Below are positions 38,487 through 50,306 of a stretch of DNA of 64,000 nucleotides, piece by piece. The notes under the pieces were generated by a model that saw nothing but the letters and a program-made list of their open reading frames with translations, made no database searches and had not been told where the DNA came from. Numbering within the stretch: position 1 is the stretch's first letter; every line of letters begins with the position of its first letter. A program made the position numbers and the translations under genes. This stretch comes from Acidobacteriota bacterium (lineage in GTDB: Bacteria > Acidobacteriota > Terriglobia > Terriglobales > Acidobacteriaceae): NCBI GenBank assembly GCA_021779935.1, contig JAJXZT010000064.1, positions 62,461 through 126,460 on the forward strand, in the 5' to 3' direction.

Positions 38487-38993
38487 TTACTGCGCGGTCT
38501 CCAGTCGTTGGCGGATTTTTTCCGCCGAGTCATAGACGGTTCGCAAGTGCTGCTGGGCGTCCGCGGGATTGTCGGAATGAATTGCCAGATCGGTTGAAAG
38601 CAGGATCGCGGTCACGGCGCTGCGGAGATCGCTGCGCAACGAGAATTCAGCCGCGCGCATGGCAACCTGTTGTTCGGTGTCGTAGCGGCGAAGCGCAACC
38701 CTTACTTCGCGGACAATTCGAGAGATCCCGGAGACAGCCAGGTTTACGTGGATGGGGAGTGTGGTGGAGCAGCGTTCCACAAAAGCTTCCGCACTGAGTG
38801 GATCGGAGTTGATCAGTGTTTCGTCGCAGACGACGGCCGTGTACTGGCCGCTGGAAAGCATGGATGCCGCCTTCTTCAGCGAGGTCGCCACATCCACATG
38901 CTGGCTTGTATTCAAGCGGAGCGCCTCGGCCAATTCTCCGCGGCGCTCACAGGACGCAATTAGAAGAATCATGGAGCCGGCTGCCTTTCCCAA
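38487..38993 (-). CDS. pseudo-receiver protein with a His-less DHp-like helical tail
   Basis: 168 aa with a REC-like beta-alpha pattern. The acidic pair is replaced (LLIASCER), although VVCDETL is retained. The tail EFSLRSDLRSAVTAILLSTDLA mimics an H-box with Arg in place of His. Confidence 0.45.
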   Translation of the reverse strand: MGKAAGSMILLIASCERRGELAEALRLNTSQHVDVATSLKKAASMLSSGQYTAVVCDETLINSDPLSAEAFVERCSTTLPIHVNLAVSGISRIVREVRVALRRYDTEQQVAMRAAEFSLRSDLRSAVTAILLSTDLAIHSDNPADAQQHLRTVYDSAEKIRQRLETAQ

Positions 38994-39004
38994 GCGCGTG
39001 ACAA

Positions 39005-40501
39005 CTATTCGCCGCCTTGTTCGTACTCGCTGAGCTTCCGGTACAACGTTGTCCGCCCGATGCCCAGTGCTCGTGCCGCTTTCAACTTGTCGCCGTTCAT
39101 CCGTTCAATCGTTCCGAGGATGGCCCGTTTTTCAATTTCGGCAAGGGTCAGTGCTTCTTCCTTCGGCTTATCGACCGTTGCGGGTTGCCAGTCACGTATC
39201 GCGGCAGGCAGATCAGCCACACGAAGCGTAGTTCCGGAAGACATGGAGCAGGCCCGTTCGATGCAGTTCTCCAGTTCTCGAATGTTGCCCGGCCAGTTGT
39301 ATTCCAGAAGTTTCTTGAGCGCTTCATCCGAAATGATGTGCCTCAGGCCATCCTGCTGCGCCACGTGCTGGAGAAAATATCCTGCCAGGACGGGTATGTC
39401 TTCGCGGCGTTCACGTAATGGAGGAATCCGAATCGACAGGACGTTGAGCCGGAAGTACAAATCCTGACGGAAGCGTCCTTCGGCAACGGCGCGATCGATG
39501 TCCTGGGAGGTTGCCGCAAGAATTCTCACGTTGATCGGGACCGTCTTGGTGCCTCCAATCGGGCGGATTTCCTTCTCCTGGATGGCGCGCAAAAGCTTTG
39601 CCTGCAAATCGAGTTGCATTTCCGCGATGTCGTCGAGAAACAGCGTCCCACCATCGGCCACTGCAAGCATCCCTTCCTTGCTCGTCGTGGTTCCGGGAAC
39701 CGCACCTTTCACGTGTCCGAACAATTCGCTTTCCAGAAGAGATGGGATCAACGAACCGCAGTCGACGGGCAGGAATGGTTTCTCGCGATTGGGACCGGAG
39801 ATATGAATGGAACGAGCCAGCACTTCTTTCCCGGTTCCGCTCTCGCCAAGGATAAGTACAGGGTGCGTACTGAAGGCAGCGCGGCCAACCACGCGAAACA
39901 ATTTCTGCATTTCTGGAGACCGGCCGACCATCAGGGAGAATCCACCGGAGGCGTGCATCTGCTCGCGCAGAACCCTGTTTTCAGCGGTCATCTGGAGATG
40001 CTTATCGATGCGCCGCAGGAGCAGGCGCAATTCCTCCACGTGGAATGGTTTCGTAATATAGTCATAGGCGCCTTTCTTCATCGCCTCCACTGCGGACTCG
40101 ATCGACCCGTAGCCGGTCATCATGACGACAACCACGTCGGGATACGAGGTTCGAATGCGATCAAGCGCCTCCAATCCGCTCATGCCTGGCATCCGCAAAT
40201 CCATCAGAACAACGTCAAACGGTTGCGTACCGAGAAATCGCAGGGCCTCATCGGCGGATTGTGCGGAAACCGTGGAGTAGCCAACGCTCTGTGCGATGGT
40301 TTCGCACGCTGCGCGAATCGGTCGTTCATCGTCCACGACCAGCAGCCGGGTTGAAATCGCCGCGTCTCGCGGGGATTCCTGCTCGTCTCTTGCGGCAGGT
40401 GCAATGGATGCCTGGATTGCCGCCGGTTGCGATGCACCCGTCTTTGGATTCGCCAGGGAAGCCGCGCTCTGGGAGGGGGACAGACGGTCTTGTTTCGTCA
40501 T
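39005..40501 (-). CDS. NtrC-family response regulator (REC - AAA+ - Fis HTH) with a non-canonical GAFTGA loop
   Basis: I prefer the ATG at 40501 (GGAAGGAG upstream); the track ORF extends to 40639. REC (LLVVDDE...VLMDLRMPGMSG...KP). AAA+ (GESGTGKE, TLFLDDI, GRFRQDLYFRL, WPGNIRELEN). HTH KLKAARALGIGRTTLYRKL. The L1 loop reads GAVPGT. Confidence 0.85.
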   Translation of the reverse strand: MTKQDRLSPSQSAASLANPKTGASQPAAIQASIAPAARDEQESPRDAAISTRLLVVDDERPIRAACETIAQSVGYSTVSAQSADEALRFLGTQPFDVVLMDLRMPGMSGLEALDRIRTSYPDVVVVMMTGYGSIESAVEAMKKGAYDYITKPFHVEELRLLLRRIDKHLQMTAENRVLREQMHASGGFSLMVGRSPEMQKLFRVVGRAAFSTHPVLILGESGTGKEVLARSIHISGPNREKPFLPVDCGSLIPSLLESELFGHVKGAVPGTTTSKEGMLAVADGGTLFLDDIAEMQLDLQAKLLRAIQEKEIRPIGGTKTVPINVRILAATSQDIDRAVAEGRFRQDLYFRLNVLSIRIPPLRERREDIPVLAGYFLQHVAQQDGLRHIISDEALKKLLEYNWPGNIRELENCIERACSMSSGTTLRVADLPAAIRDWQPATVDKPKEEALTLAEIEKRAILGTIERMNGDKLKAARALGIGRTTLYRKLSEYEQGGE

Positions 40502-40808
40502 ATCTCTTACGACTCCTTCCTGCCCAATTCTGCTGAGCTTCGGACGACGGCCTCGACAGCCGTCAACCACCGCTACCGGGAGTTTTCTTGCAATGAACAA
40601 CTTGTGAAGAAGTCCACTTGTATTTCCAAAGTGAAACATCTTTCGCGTGAGCTGGTACGGAAAAAGTCCAATGAATTATTTTGGTGGTGTTCTGAATTGG
40701 TACACGGCGATGACAGGTTGAGTGGGATTTTATCGTGGTGCCAATCTGGCTGGAGACTCTATGACCAAACTCTGATGGACGAAAGATGGATTGAAAACGG
40801 CGAATCCG

Positions 40809-41936
40809 CTAGACATCCGCACAAGGTGGATTCTCGCGCGAATTAAACGAAATCAACCTCGAGATCGATCCCGCAAACGGTTGCAGCAACGCCGTCATCC
40901 CCTGGGTTGCGGTCCTGTCAGCTCGTTCGCGAAGCTCAAGCCACTTAAGTTCCGGAACCTGGGTAAAGAGTGCGACGACTTCCGGATCGAACTGGGTTCC
41001 GCTGCCGCGCTGGATTTCAGCACTTGCCAGCGCATAACCGAGCGAACTGCGATAGCAACGATCAGAGGTCATCGCGTCGAGTGCGTCCGCCACGGCGAAG
41101 AGCCGCGCCCCGAACGGGATGTTCTTCCCCTTGATTCCATCTGGATAGCCCGAGCCATCGTAATGTTCATGATGGCGGAGAACGATTGCAGCGGATGGGC
41201 GGAGTGCGTCTATCTGCCAGAGCATTTCTGCACCCTTGATTGGATGCCGCCGAATTTCGTCGCGCTCCTCGCTGGTCAGGGGATCCAGCTTGTCGAGAAT
41301 AGAGTCACGGATGGCGATTTTACCGACGTCGTGCAGCAGTGCGGCGTAATTCAGTTGGACAAGTTCGCTTTCGGGGTAGTGTGCCAGCTCGGCCAGGTGC
41401 ATCGTGTATTCACGAACGCGCAAGGAGTGTATGCATGTATCCGGCTCGGCTGCGTCCAGGGCGACGATAAACGCTTCAATGCTGGCGCGTTCCACTGCGG
41501 TGAGCAACTTGGCGTGGCCGTCTACTTGCAGCAACCGGCTGCTTCGCTCCCGCTGAACCGACTTGAAGGCGCGCTCTACGGATTGAATCAGTGCGGTCCG
41601 GGAAAACGGCTTCATCAGGAAGTCGGCCGCCCGCATCTGAACGCTGGCGACAGCATCGGCGAGCTCTGGCTTCCCGGACATGATAATTACTGCCGGATCG
41701 TGATTTCGTGTGGCGGTGAATTGCAGAAGTTGTGTGCCAACTCCTCCCGGCATGTAGAGATCGGACAAAACGACATCGACGGGCGTGGTGGAAAGCAGTG
41801 CAATTGCCTGGGAAACGCTGGAGGCTGTGGTGACGGAATGGGCAACCGTCTGCAGCATTTCGCTCACTGCGTCGCGCATTGACGGTTCATCGTCAACAAT
41901 AAGAACCCTGGGGCCGGGACCCGGAACCGAGGTCAT
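40809..41936 (-). CDS. response regulator with HD-GYP c-di-GMP phosphodiesterase domain (RpfG type)
   Basis: 375 aa. REC (VLIVDDE...VLSDLYMPGG...KP), followed by HDVGK and HHEHYDGSGYP. Confidence 0.9.
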   Translation of the reverse strand: MTSVPGPGPRVLIVDDEPSMRDAVSEMLQTVAHSVTTASSVSQAIALLSTTPVDVVLSDLYMPGGVGTQLLQFTATRNHDPAVIIMSGKPELADAVASVQMRAADFLMKPFSRTALIQSVERAFKSVQRERSSRLLQVDGHAKLLTAVERASIEAFIVALDAAEPDTCIHSLRVREYTMHLAELAHYPESELVQLNYAALLHDVGKIAIRDSILDKLDPLTSEERDEIRRHPIKGAEMLWQIDALRPSAAIVLRHHEHYDGSGYPDGIKGKNIPFGARLFAVADALDAMTSDRCYRSSLGYALASAEIQRGSGTQFDPEVVALFTQVPELKWLELRERADRTATQGMTALLQPFAGSISRLISFNSRENPPCADV

Positions 41937-41948
41937 GCGGGGAACTCC

Positions 41949-42833
41949 TCACTGCGCTCTTACCGTCCCTCTTGTTCGGCCGGGGCGAAGCCGGGGATGA
42001 TGCGGATGTGGTTCCAGCCGCATTGCTACGTGCCGAAGTGCCTTGGCATGGATCTGGGAGACGCGAGACTCGGTCCGGTGTATACGGGCCGCGATAGCGC
42101 GCATCGTCCACTCCTCAAAATAATATAGTCGTAAAACCTGATGTTCGTCTTGTGGGAGACTGTCGAGAACCTTCCCTAGTACCTCCTTCATTTCATGTTT
42201 GAAGAAAGCGCAGTCAGGGCGTGCATCCTCGGACGCCGGGAGCAATTCGGCCGTATTCGGCGCGAAGTCCTCATCAGGTAACGGTTTTGGGTCAATCTTG
42301 CGAAGCTCCTGGACTGCGGCGGCGAACTCAAAATACGAATCCAGGTCCATATGCAGTTCTTCAGCAATGTCCTCCGCGGTGACCGACCGGCCGAGCCGGC
42401 TCTGCGCGCGTTCGGCGGCGGCGCTGAGTTTCTGTTGGCGAGTACGCATGTAGCGCGATAGCCAATCCTGGCCACGCAGACTGTCAAAGATTGCGCCCGT
42501 TATGCGAATGCGGATGTATTGGTCGGGAGAAACCTGGCGGCTTGGGTCGACGCGTTCCACGGCATCTACCAAGCCCAGCATGCCGGCCTGAACCAGATCT
42601 TCCAGTTCCACATGCGATGGCAACCGTCGATGAATGCGTCCTGCGATCAGGCGAACTTCGTGGAGATGGGAGAGCACGGCCTGGTTGCGGTCAAATTGCG
42701 TGGAGTCGAGGGAGGCCGGGAGAGTTGCCCTGCCGTCGCCATCCGGTTCGATATTGACGGTAGCGGCGCTTGCCAGCGCTGCAAATTCTCCCGGTTCCGC
42801 CGCGAATTCAGATACTGTACCCGCCGTGGCCAT
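41949..42833 (-). CDS. sigma-70-family sigma factor, FliA/WhiG (group 3)-like
   Basis: 294 aa with AGGAG 6 nt upstream. Region 2 DLVQAGMLGLVDAVERVDP, a region 3 segment, and region 4 RLYYFEEWTMRAIAARIHRTESRVSQIHAKAL. Confidence 0.75.
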   Translation of the reverse strand: MATAGTVSEFAAEPGEFAALASAATVNIEPDGDGRATLPASLDSTQFDRNQAVLSHLHEVRLIAGRIHRRLPSHVELEDLVQAGMLGLVDAVERVDPSRQVSPDQYIRIRITGAIFDSLRGQDWLSRYMRTRQQKLSAAAERAQSRLGRSVTAEDIAEELHMDLDSYFEFAAAVQELRKIDPKPLPDEDFAPNTAELLPASEDARPDCAFFKHEMKEVLGKVLDSLPQDEHQVLRLYYFEEWTMRAIAARIHRTESRVSQIHAKALRHVAMRLEPHPHHPRLRPGRTRGTVRAQ

Positions 42834-42842
42834 GGTTCGCTC

Positions 42843-43751
42843 CTATGAGTTTGCGACCATTGGAGAGCGGTCTTCGACCATGGGGACGCCGGACCGGCTG
42901 GGAGCGTAGATGTTTTCAGCCATGCGCTTGCGCGCCCGTTCCAGCACCAGGTCGTTATCGTAACCGTCCTTCAGCGTTGAAAGCCCGAGCCGTACCTTGA
43001 GCTTGTATTCCAGCTTGGTGGTTTCGTTCCATTTGTCGATGGCGCGCAACATACGGGAGATTGGAAATTGAGCGGTTGCCTCATTGGTTTCCGGCATGAT
43101 GACGGTGAAGTCCGGTTCGCCGCTGCGGCAGATGATGTCCGAGCCGCGCAAGGTGCTCTTCAGGGTTTGCGCCAGAACCATCAGCAGGTGATCGCCCGCG
43201 AGCTGCCCATAGCGACGCTTGATTCCCGCATAATCGCCAACTTCGGCCATCAGCAACGTGAGCTGCGACTGCTGGCGTGTGGCGCGTGACAACTCACGCG
43301 GCAGAGCCTGATCCAGATAAACCCGGCTGAAGGTGTGCGTTACCGGATCGAGCAGTGATGTTTGATGCGCCGTCTCATCCAGCAACCGGCGAAGCAGTTG
43401 ATCGCGTGTCTGGCTAAGGCGTCGTTTCTGGTCAAGCATGTAGACGTTGAACAGGATCACCAGCACGATAAAGCCGGAAAACAACTGGGGGAGGTACCGG
43501 CCATCCACGTGAAGCGTTTCACCCTTCCACAAAAGGTTGGGCGCAATAAGGGCGACAAACCCGATGGCAAGAATGGCGAACACCAGCAGCCCGATCGACC
43601 AGAGTTGGAAGTCTCTCTCGGCGACGTCACGGAGTTCGAGGTTTAGCTGCTGCTTGTTGAGCGCGTCACGGGATTCTGTCATCGTTGCATCTCCTGCGGC
43701 GAGGGTTTGAAGCCGACGGATTCTATTGTTGGCGTCTACCGAGAGACTCAC
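42843..43751 (-). CDS. membrane-anchored degenerate GGDEF-domain protein (A-site lost, RxxD I-site kept)
   Basis: 302 aa with two N-terminal TM helices. The GGDEF-fold region DPVTHTFSRVYLDQ...LLMAEVGDY...GDHLLMVLAQ is present. The active-site stretch reads RGSDIICRSGEPDF, versus canonical RxxDxxxRxGG[DE]EF. Confidence 0.75.
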   Translation of the reverse strand: MSLSVDANNRIRRLQTLAAGDATMTESRDALNKQQLNLELRDVAERDFQLWSIGLLVFAILAIGFVALIAPNLLWKGETLHVDGRYLPQLFSGFIVLVILFNVYMLDQKRRLSQTRDQLLRRLLDETAHQTSLLDPVTHTFSRVYLDQALPRELSRATRQQSQLTLLMAEVGDYAGIKRRYGQLAGDHLLMVLAQTLKSTLRGSDIICRSGEPDFTVIMPETNEATAQFPISRMLRAIDKWNETTKLEYKLKVRLGLSTLKDGYDNDLVLERARKRMAENIYAPSRSGVPMVEDRSPMVANS

Positions 43752-43933
43752 AATGGAAACATCGACAGATCGGTCACAGTTCTTTACGGGACGATACAGA
43801 AGATGTGCGTGTTTCTGGTTGGTACACCCTAAAGTGGCGGAAGGACAGGCGAGTCCAGTTCAGGCCAACGGCACGTCGCGTCCTGGTGTTGCGCAAAATG
43901 CCGGTTATAAACGCGGGTGAGGCCTAAAAACCA

Positions 43934-43955
43934 AAGGGGAGCCTTGGCTCCCCTT
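43934..43955 (-). terminator. rho-independent terminator after the 224-aa gene
   Basis: The minus strand reads AAGGGGAGCC-AA-GGCTCCCCTT followed by TGGTTTTT. The A-run on the other side makes it potentially bidirectional. Confidence 0.7.
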
Positions 43956-43979
43956 AATTTCTATATATCGCGATACCGT

Positions 43980-44654
43980 CTACTCGGTCACTACCTTCCA
44001 GCCGCCGGCTTCCTGCTGCAAGATCACCATCACTTTCGTCGGAGCCCCGTGATAGAAGGCAACGCCGTACTTATCGATGAGCGTGCTCCGGTCCCAGGTG
44101 TTGAAGTCTTTTACAAAACTGCCATCTGCATCGAATTCTTCACCCATCGGATTGGGGTTCCACTTCCACGTGTATGTCACCTTGAAGCGAGTGGGTGAGA
44201 GCTTGTCGATGCTGGCAATTCCGACCAGGGAGCGTGTCGCCAGAGGGATCTTGTAAATGCTTGTTCCGCCGGAGCCAGCAGTCTTTTCGACGCCGGAAAT
44301 GGAGGCGATGAGTTTTTCCCCGTCGGGCGTGAATGTGACGTCCGATACTCCACCCCTGGGCTTCGTCATCTTGACAATGCCGGCCTTGACCAGCAGGCGG
44401 TATTGAGGATCCTCGAGTTTCTCGTTGACGTCAGGCGTGATGTGTCCAATGTGAAACTTGACGTACGCCGGGCCCTGGTTCGCGAGAATCGTTGAGATAA
44501 CCGCGGACGCTTCTTCCGGCTTCAGTGTTTTTCTTGTTTGGTAGACGACCCACGCGATGCCGCCGACAAGCATGGCGACGAGGAGGAGAATGATAATCAG
44601 CGGACCGAAGGAAGAGCCTTCCTTCTGTTCCAGTTCCAATTCCTGCTCAAACAT
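43980..44654 (-). CDS. N-terminally membrane-anchored hypothetical protein
   Basis: 224 aa with one TM helix (FGPLIIILLLVAMLVGGIAWVVY) followed by a roughly 180-aa soluble domain. No motif recognised. Confidence 0.5.
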   Translation of the reverse strand: MFEQELELEQKEGSSFGPLIIILLLVAMLVGGIAWVVYQTRKTLKPEEASAVISTILANQGPAYVKFHIGHITPDVNEKLEDPQYRLLVKAGIVKMTKPRGGVSDVTFTPDGEKLIASISGVEKTAGSGGTSIYKIPLATRSLVGIASIDKLSPTRFKVTYTWKWNPNPMGEEFDADGSFVKDFNTWDRSTLIDKYGVAFYHGAPTKVMVILQQEAGGWKVVTE

Positions 44655-44900
44655 GTGGCACCCCTCCGCTTAAGAGTTGACCCACGCAGACATCAGGATT
44701 GTGGCAGAACCGCGGAGCAGCCCTGCACTGGGCATGATAGTCCCGCTTCTGCACGCCGCGTCTGTGAAATACGTCACACGGCAGTGGGCAATAGTAACCA
44801 GCAGGAAACTCGGCGCCACGGGGAACCCAGCAGCGGGGAATATGGCCCCCAGGTTTCTCGATATAGGGCGCACTTTAGATTTCCCGGTTGGGAAATTCGA

Positions 44901-45467
44901 TTACTTCAGCCAGAGGAGCCAAAAGAAAACCGCGGCCGCAAGCCAGACAATCGCAATGATGTTTGCCAGCCACCATCCAGCGCTGGCAAATTGCTTCAAT
45001 TCAGGACGGTACAGTGCCTCCTCGGGGATGTATATCCCGGTCTCATAGAAACCCAGCGCAATTTCGCAACGGACGAGAAGGTTTCTGGTAGACCTGCGTG
45101 CGCGGCTGCGGAAGTGGGTGTAAACCGTCCCGAATAGCAGGACGGCCAACGCAACTGCCGTCAACGCGAACTTTCCATTTGTATGCAGTGGCGAAGTTTC
45201 TTTTGCAAGTAGAGAAACACCGGCGCTGAATACACCGAGGAGCAGTCCGGTTAGTTTCATCTGAGAATCTTCGATGGCGCGCAGTTCCTCGGTGTGCTTC
45301 TTGTAGACATCACGCAGGACTGTCAATTTGTCTTCGGATGATACAGGCTGAATAACCACCATCTGATCGTCCTCCTTAATGACGAGGCCAATATAAAACC
45401 TGTGCAGGGACATTCCGGAGTACAACATCTGAGCCGATGGTCGTGCGGCAGTATAGGTTGCCGACAC
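44901..45467 (-). CDS. hypothetical membrane protein (3 TM helices)
   Basis: 188 aa, start uncertain (an internal Met at MVVIQP is possible). An amphipathic helix is followed by two TM helices, a basic loop RSRARRSTR and a C-terminal TM helix. Confidence 0.4.
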   Translation of the reverse strand: MSATYTAARPSAQMLYSGMSLHRFYIGLVIKEDDQMVVIQPVSSEDKLTVLRDVYKKHTEELRAIEDSQMKLTGLLLGVFSAGVSLLAKETSPLHTNGKFALTAVALAVLLFGTVYTHFRSRARRSTRNLLVRCEIALGFYETGIYIPEEALYRPELKQFASAGWWLANIIAIVWLAAAVFFWLLWLK

Positions 45468-45758
45468 CAGAAATGCGATCAGATATTGGCGGTATTGAGA
45501 GTGCTGTCAATGCGTTGGGAACTGCCTGCGTGAAGGCTGATTCCGGTCCGACGTCGCCTTTGAAGGCACGTCAGGTGTCTCGCATTACGAGAAAAAGGTC
45601 AGTCACCGGACGAGAATCATTGATTGAATGCCCTGGATTGTTCTTGTTGGAACGTACTTGAGGAATTCCCGCGACTCTTCCGCACGTTGCCTCATCTATT
45701 TCAATAGAATGCCCTCAAACCCTTCCGGCTCAGAATCTTAGTTCCTAATCCCCAATGC

Positions 45759-48491
<2,733 letters not shown>

Positions 48492-48509
48492 CCAGAGAAA
48501 GGACAAGTT

Positions 48510-50246
48510 GTGGCCATTGAATTCAAACTGCCGGAGTTAGGAGAGAACATCGAGTCCGGCGACCTGGTACGCGTGATCGTCAAGCAGGGTGAGACGATCG
48601 ATAAAGGACAGCCGGTCGTGGAGTTGGAGACGGACAAGGCAGTCATTGAAGTGCCTTCAACCATTGGCGGCAAGGTGCAGGAGATCAAGGTGAAGGAAGG
48701 GCAAAAGCTGAAAGTTGGCGATGTCATCCTCACCGTGGAAGGCACGGACGCCGCGCCTGTAGCGGCAAAAGAATCTCCGAAAGCCGAAGCGAAGAAACCG
48801 GAACCTGCAAAAATCGAAAAATCGGCACAAGCCCCGGCACCCGCGCCGGTCGCGATGCAATCCGTCGGCAAGAGCACCGTCGCAGAGTTCCGTCTGCCGG
48901 AGCTTGGCGAGAACATTGAAGCCGGCGACGTCGTTCGCGTGCTTGTGGAGCCAGGGAAGCCCGTGGTCGAAAACCAGTCTGTGCTGGAACTCGAGACCGA
49001 CAAGGCAGTCGTGGAAGTTCCCTCGACCGTCAGCGGTGTCGTTCGAGAAGTAATGGCCAGGCAAGGACAGAAGATCAAGGTCGGCGAAGTCATCTTCACG
49101 CTCGAGGCGGGAGCAGTTGCGGCGAGTACACCTGAAGCCGTCGCATCGGCCATTCCAGCGGCAGAGGAGGAAGCCAGCAGTTCGCAGCTTGCACGCCAGG
49201 CATACCAGTCGGCGCGCCAACTGGAAGGCAAGAGCGAGCATGAGGCGTTCCCGCCGGACGCGGCACCGGTGTCGCGACAGGAAGTGATTCCTCCACAACT
49301 CGTGAAGAATGCGGGTGAGGAGCATAGGGCTCCCGTGCCCGCGTCTCCGTCCGTGCGGCGACTTGCGCGTGAAATTGGTGTCGACATCTTCGAAGTGAAG
49401 GGTACCGGTCCAGGCGGACGCATCAGCGAAACGGATGTAAAGAGCTATGCGAAGGCGATTGTCACGGGCGCCGCCACGGCCATGGCCGCACAGGCCACAG
49501 GTGTGGCACGCACAGCTCCGAAGCTGCCTGACTTCTCCAAGTGGGGAGCAATTGAAGCCGTGTCGATGCGCTCGGTGCGTCGCAAGACTGCCGAGCACCT
49601 GGTGGAAGCGTGGAACACGATTCCACACGTCACGCAGCACGACAAGGCGGACGTTACCGAGCTTGAAGAATTGCGCAAACGCTTTGCTCCGAAGGCGGAG
49701 CTGGCCGGCGGCAAGATGACCATGACGGCCATCACCCTCAAAGTTGTGGCTTCGGCGCTGAAGACGTTCCCGCAATTCAACGCTTCCATCGACATGTCGA
49801 AGGAAGAGATCATCTACAAGCGCTACGTCAACATCGGTGTGGCGGTCGATACCGACCGCGGATTGCTCGTTCCGGTGATCCGCGACGTGGACCACAAGAA
49901 CATCGTGGAACTGGCCGCGGAACTGGCGACGATCTCAAAGAAAGCGCGAGACAAGAAAATAACGCCGGAAGACATGGAAGGCGGAACATTCACGATTACG
50001 AATCTTGGCGGAATCGGCGGAACGTATTTCACCCCAATCGTGAATCATCCGGAGGTGGCGATTCTCGGCATGTCGCGTTCCAGTATCGAGCCGAAGTGGG
50101 TGAACAACCAGTTTGAACCGCGGCTGATGTTGCCGCTGTCGCTGAGTTATGATCATCGGTTGGTCGACGGCGCTGATGCGGCGCGCTTCCTGCGCTGGGT
50201 GGTGGAGGCGCTGGAGCAGCCGTTCCTTCTGTCCGTACAGGGATAA
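48510..50246 (+). CDS. aceF: dihydrolipoamide acetyltransferase E2 (two lipoyl domains)
   Basis: 578 aa, GTG start. Two lipoyl domains (ELETDKAVIEVPS and ELETDKAVVEVPS), a PSBD (ASPSVRRLAREIGVDI) and a catalytic domain ending LSLSYDHRLVDGADAARF. Confidence 0.93.
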   Translation: MAIEFKLPELGENIESGDLVRVIVKQGETIDKGQPVVELETDKAVIEVPSTIGGKVQEIKVKEGQKLKVGDVILTVEGTDAAPVAAKESPKAEAKKPEPAKIEKSAQAPAPAPVAMQSVGKSTVAEFRLPELGENIEAGDVVRVLVEPGKPVVENQSVLELETDKAVVEVPSTVSGVVREVMARQGQKIKVGEVIFTLEAGAVAASTPEAVASAIPAAEEEASSSQLARQAYQSARQLEGKSEHEAFPPDAAPVSRQEVIPPQLVKNAGEEHRAPVPASPSVRRLAREIGVDIFEVKGTGPGGRISETDVKSYAKAIVTGAATAMAAQATGVARTAPKLPDFSKWGAIEAVSMRSVRRKTAEHLVEAWNTIPHVTQHDKADVTELEELRKRFAPKAELAGGKMTMTAITLKVVASALKTFPQFNASIDMSKEEIIYKRYVNIGVAVDTDRGLLVPVIRDVDHKNIVELAAELATISKKARDKKITPEDMEGGTFTITNLGGIGGTYFTPIVNHPEVAILGMSRSSIEPKWVNNQFEPRLMLPLSLSYDHRLVDGADAARFLRWVVEALEQPFLLSVQG

Positions 50247-50306
50247 GTTCCGGGCTGAAAAGTTTGAAACTATAACGCACGCGCACTGCGCACGAGAGCG
50301 AGAGAA

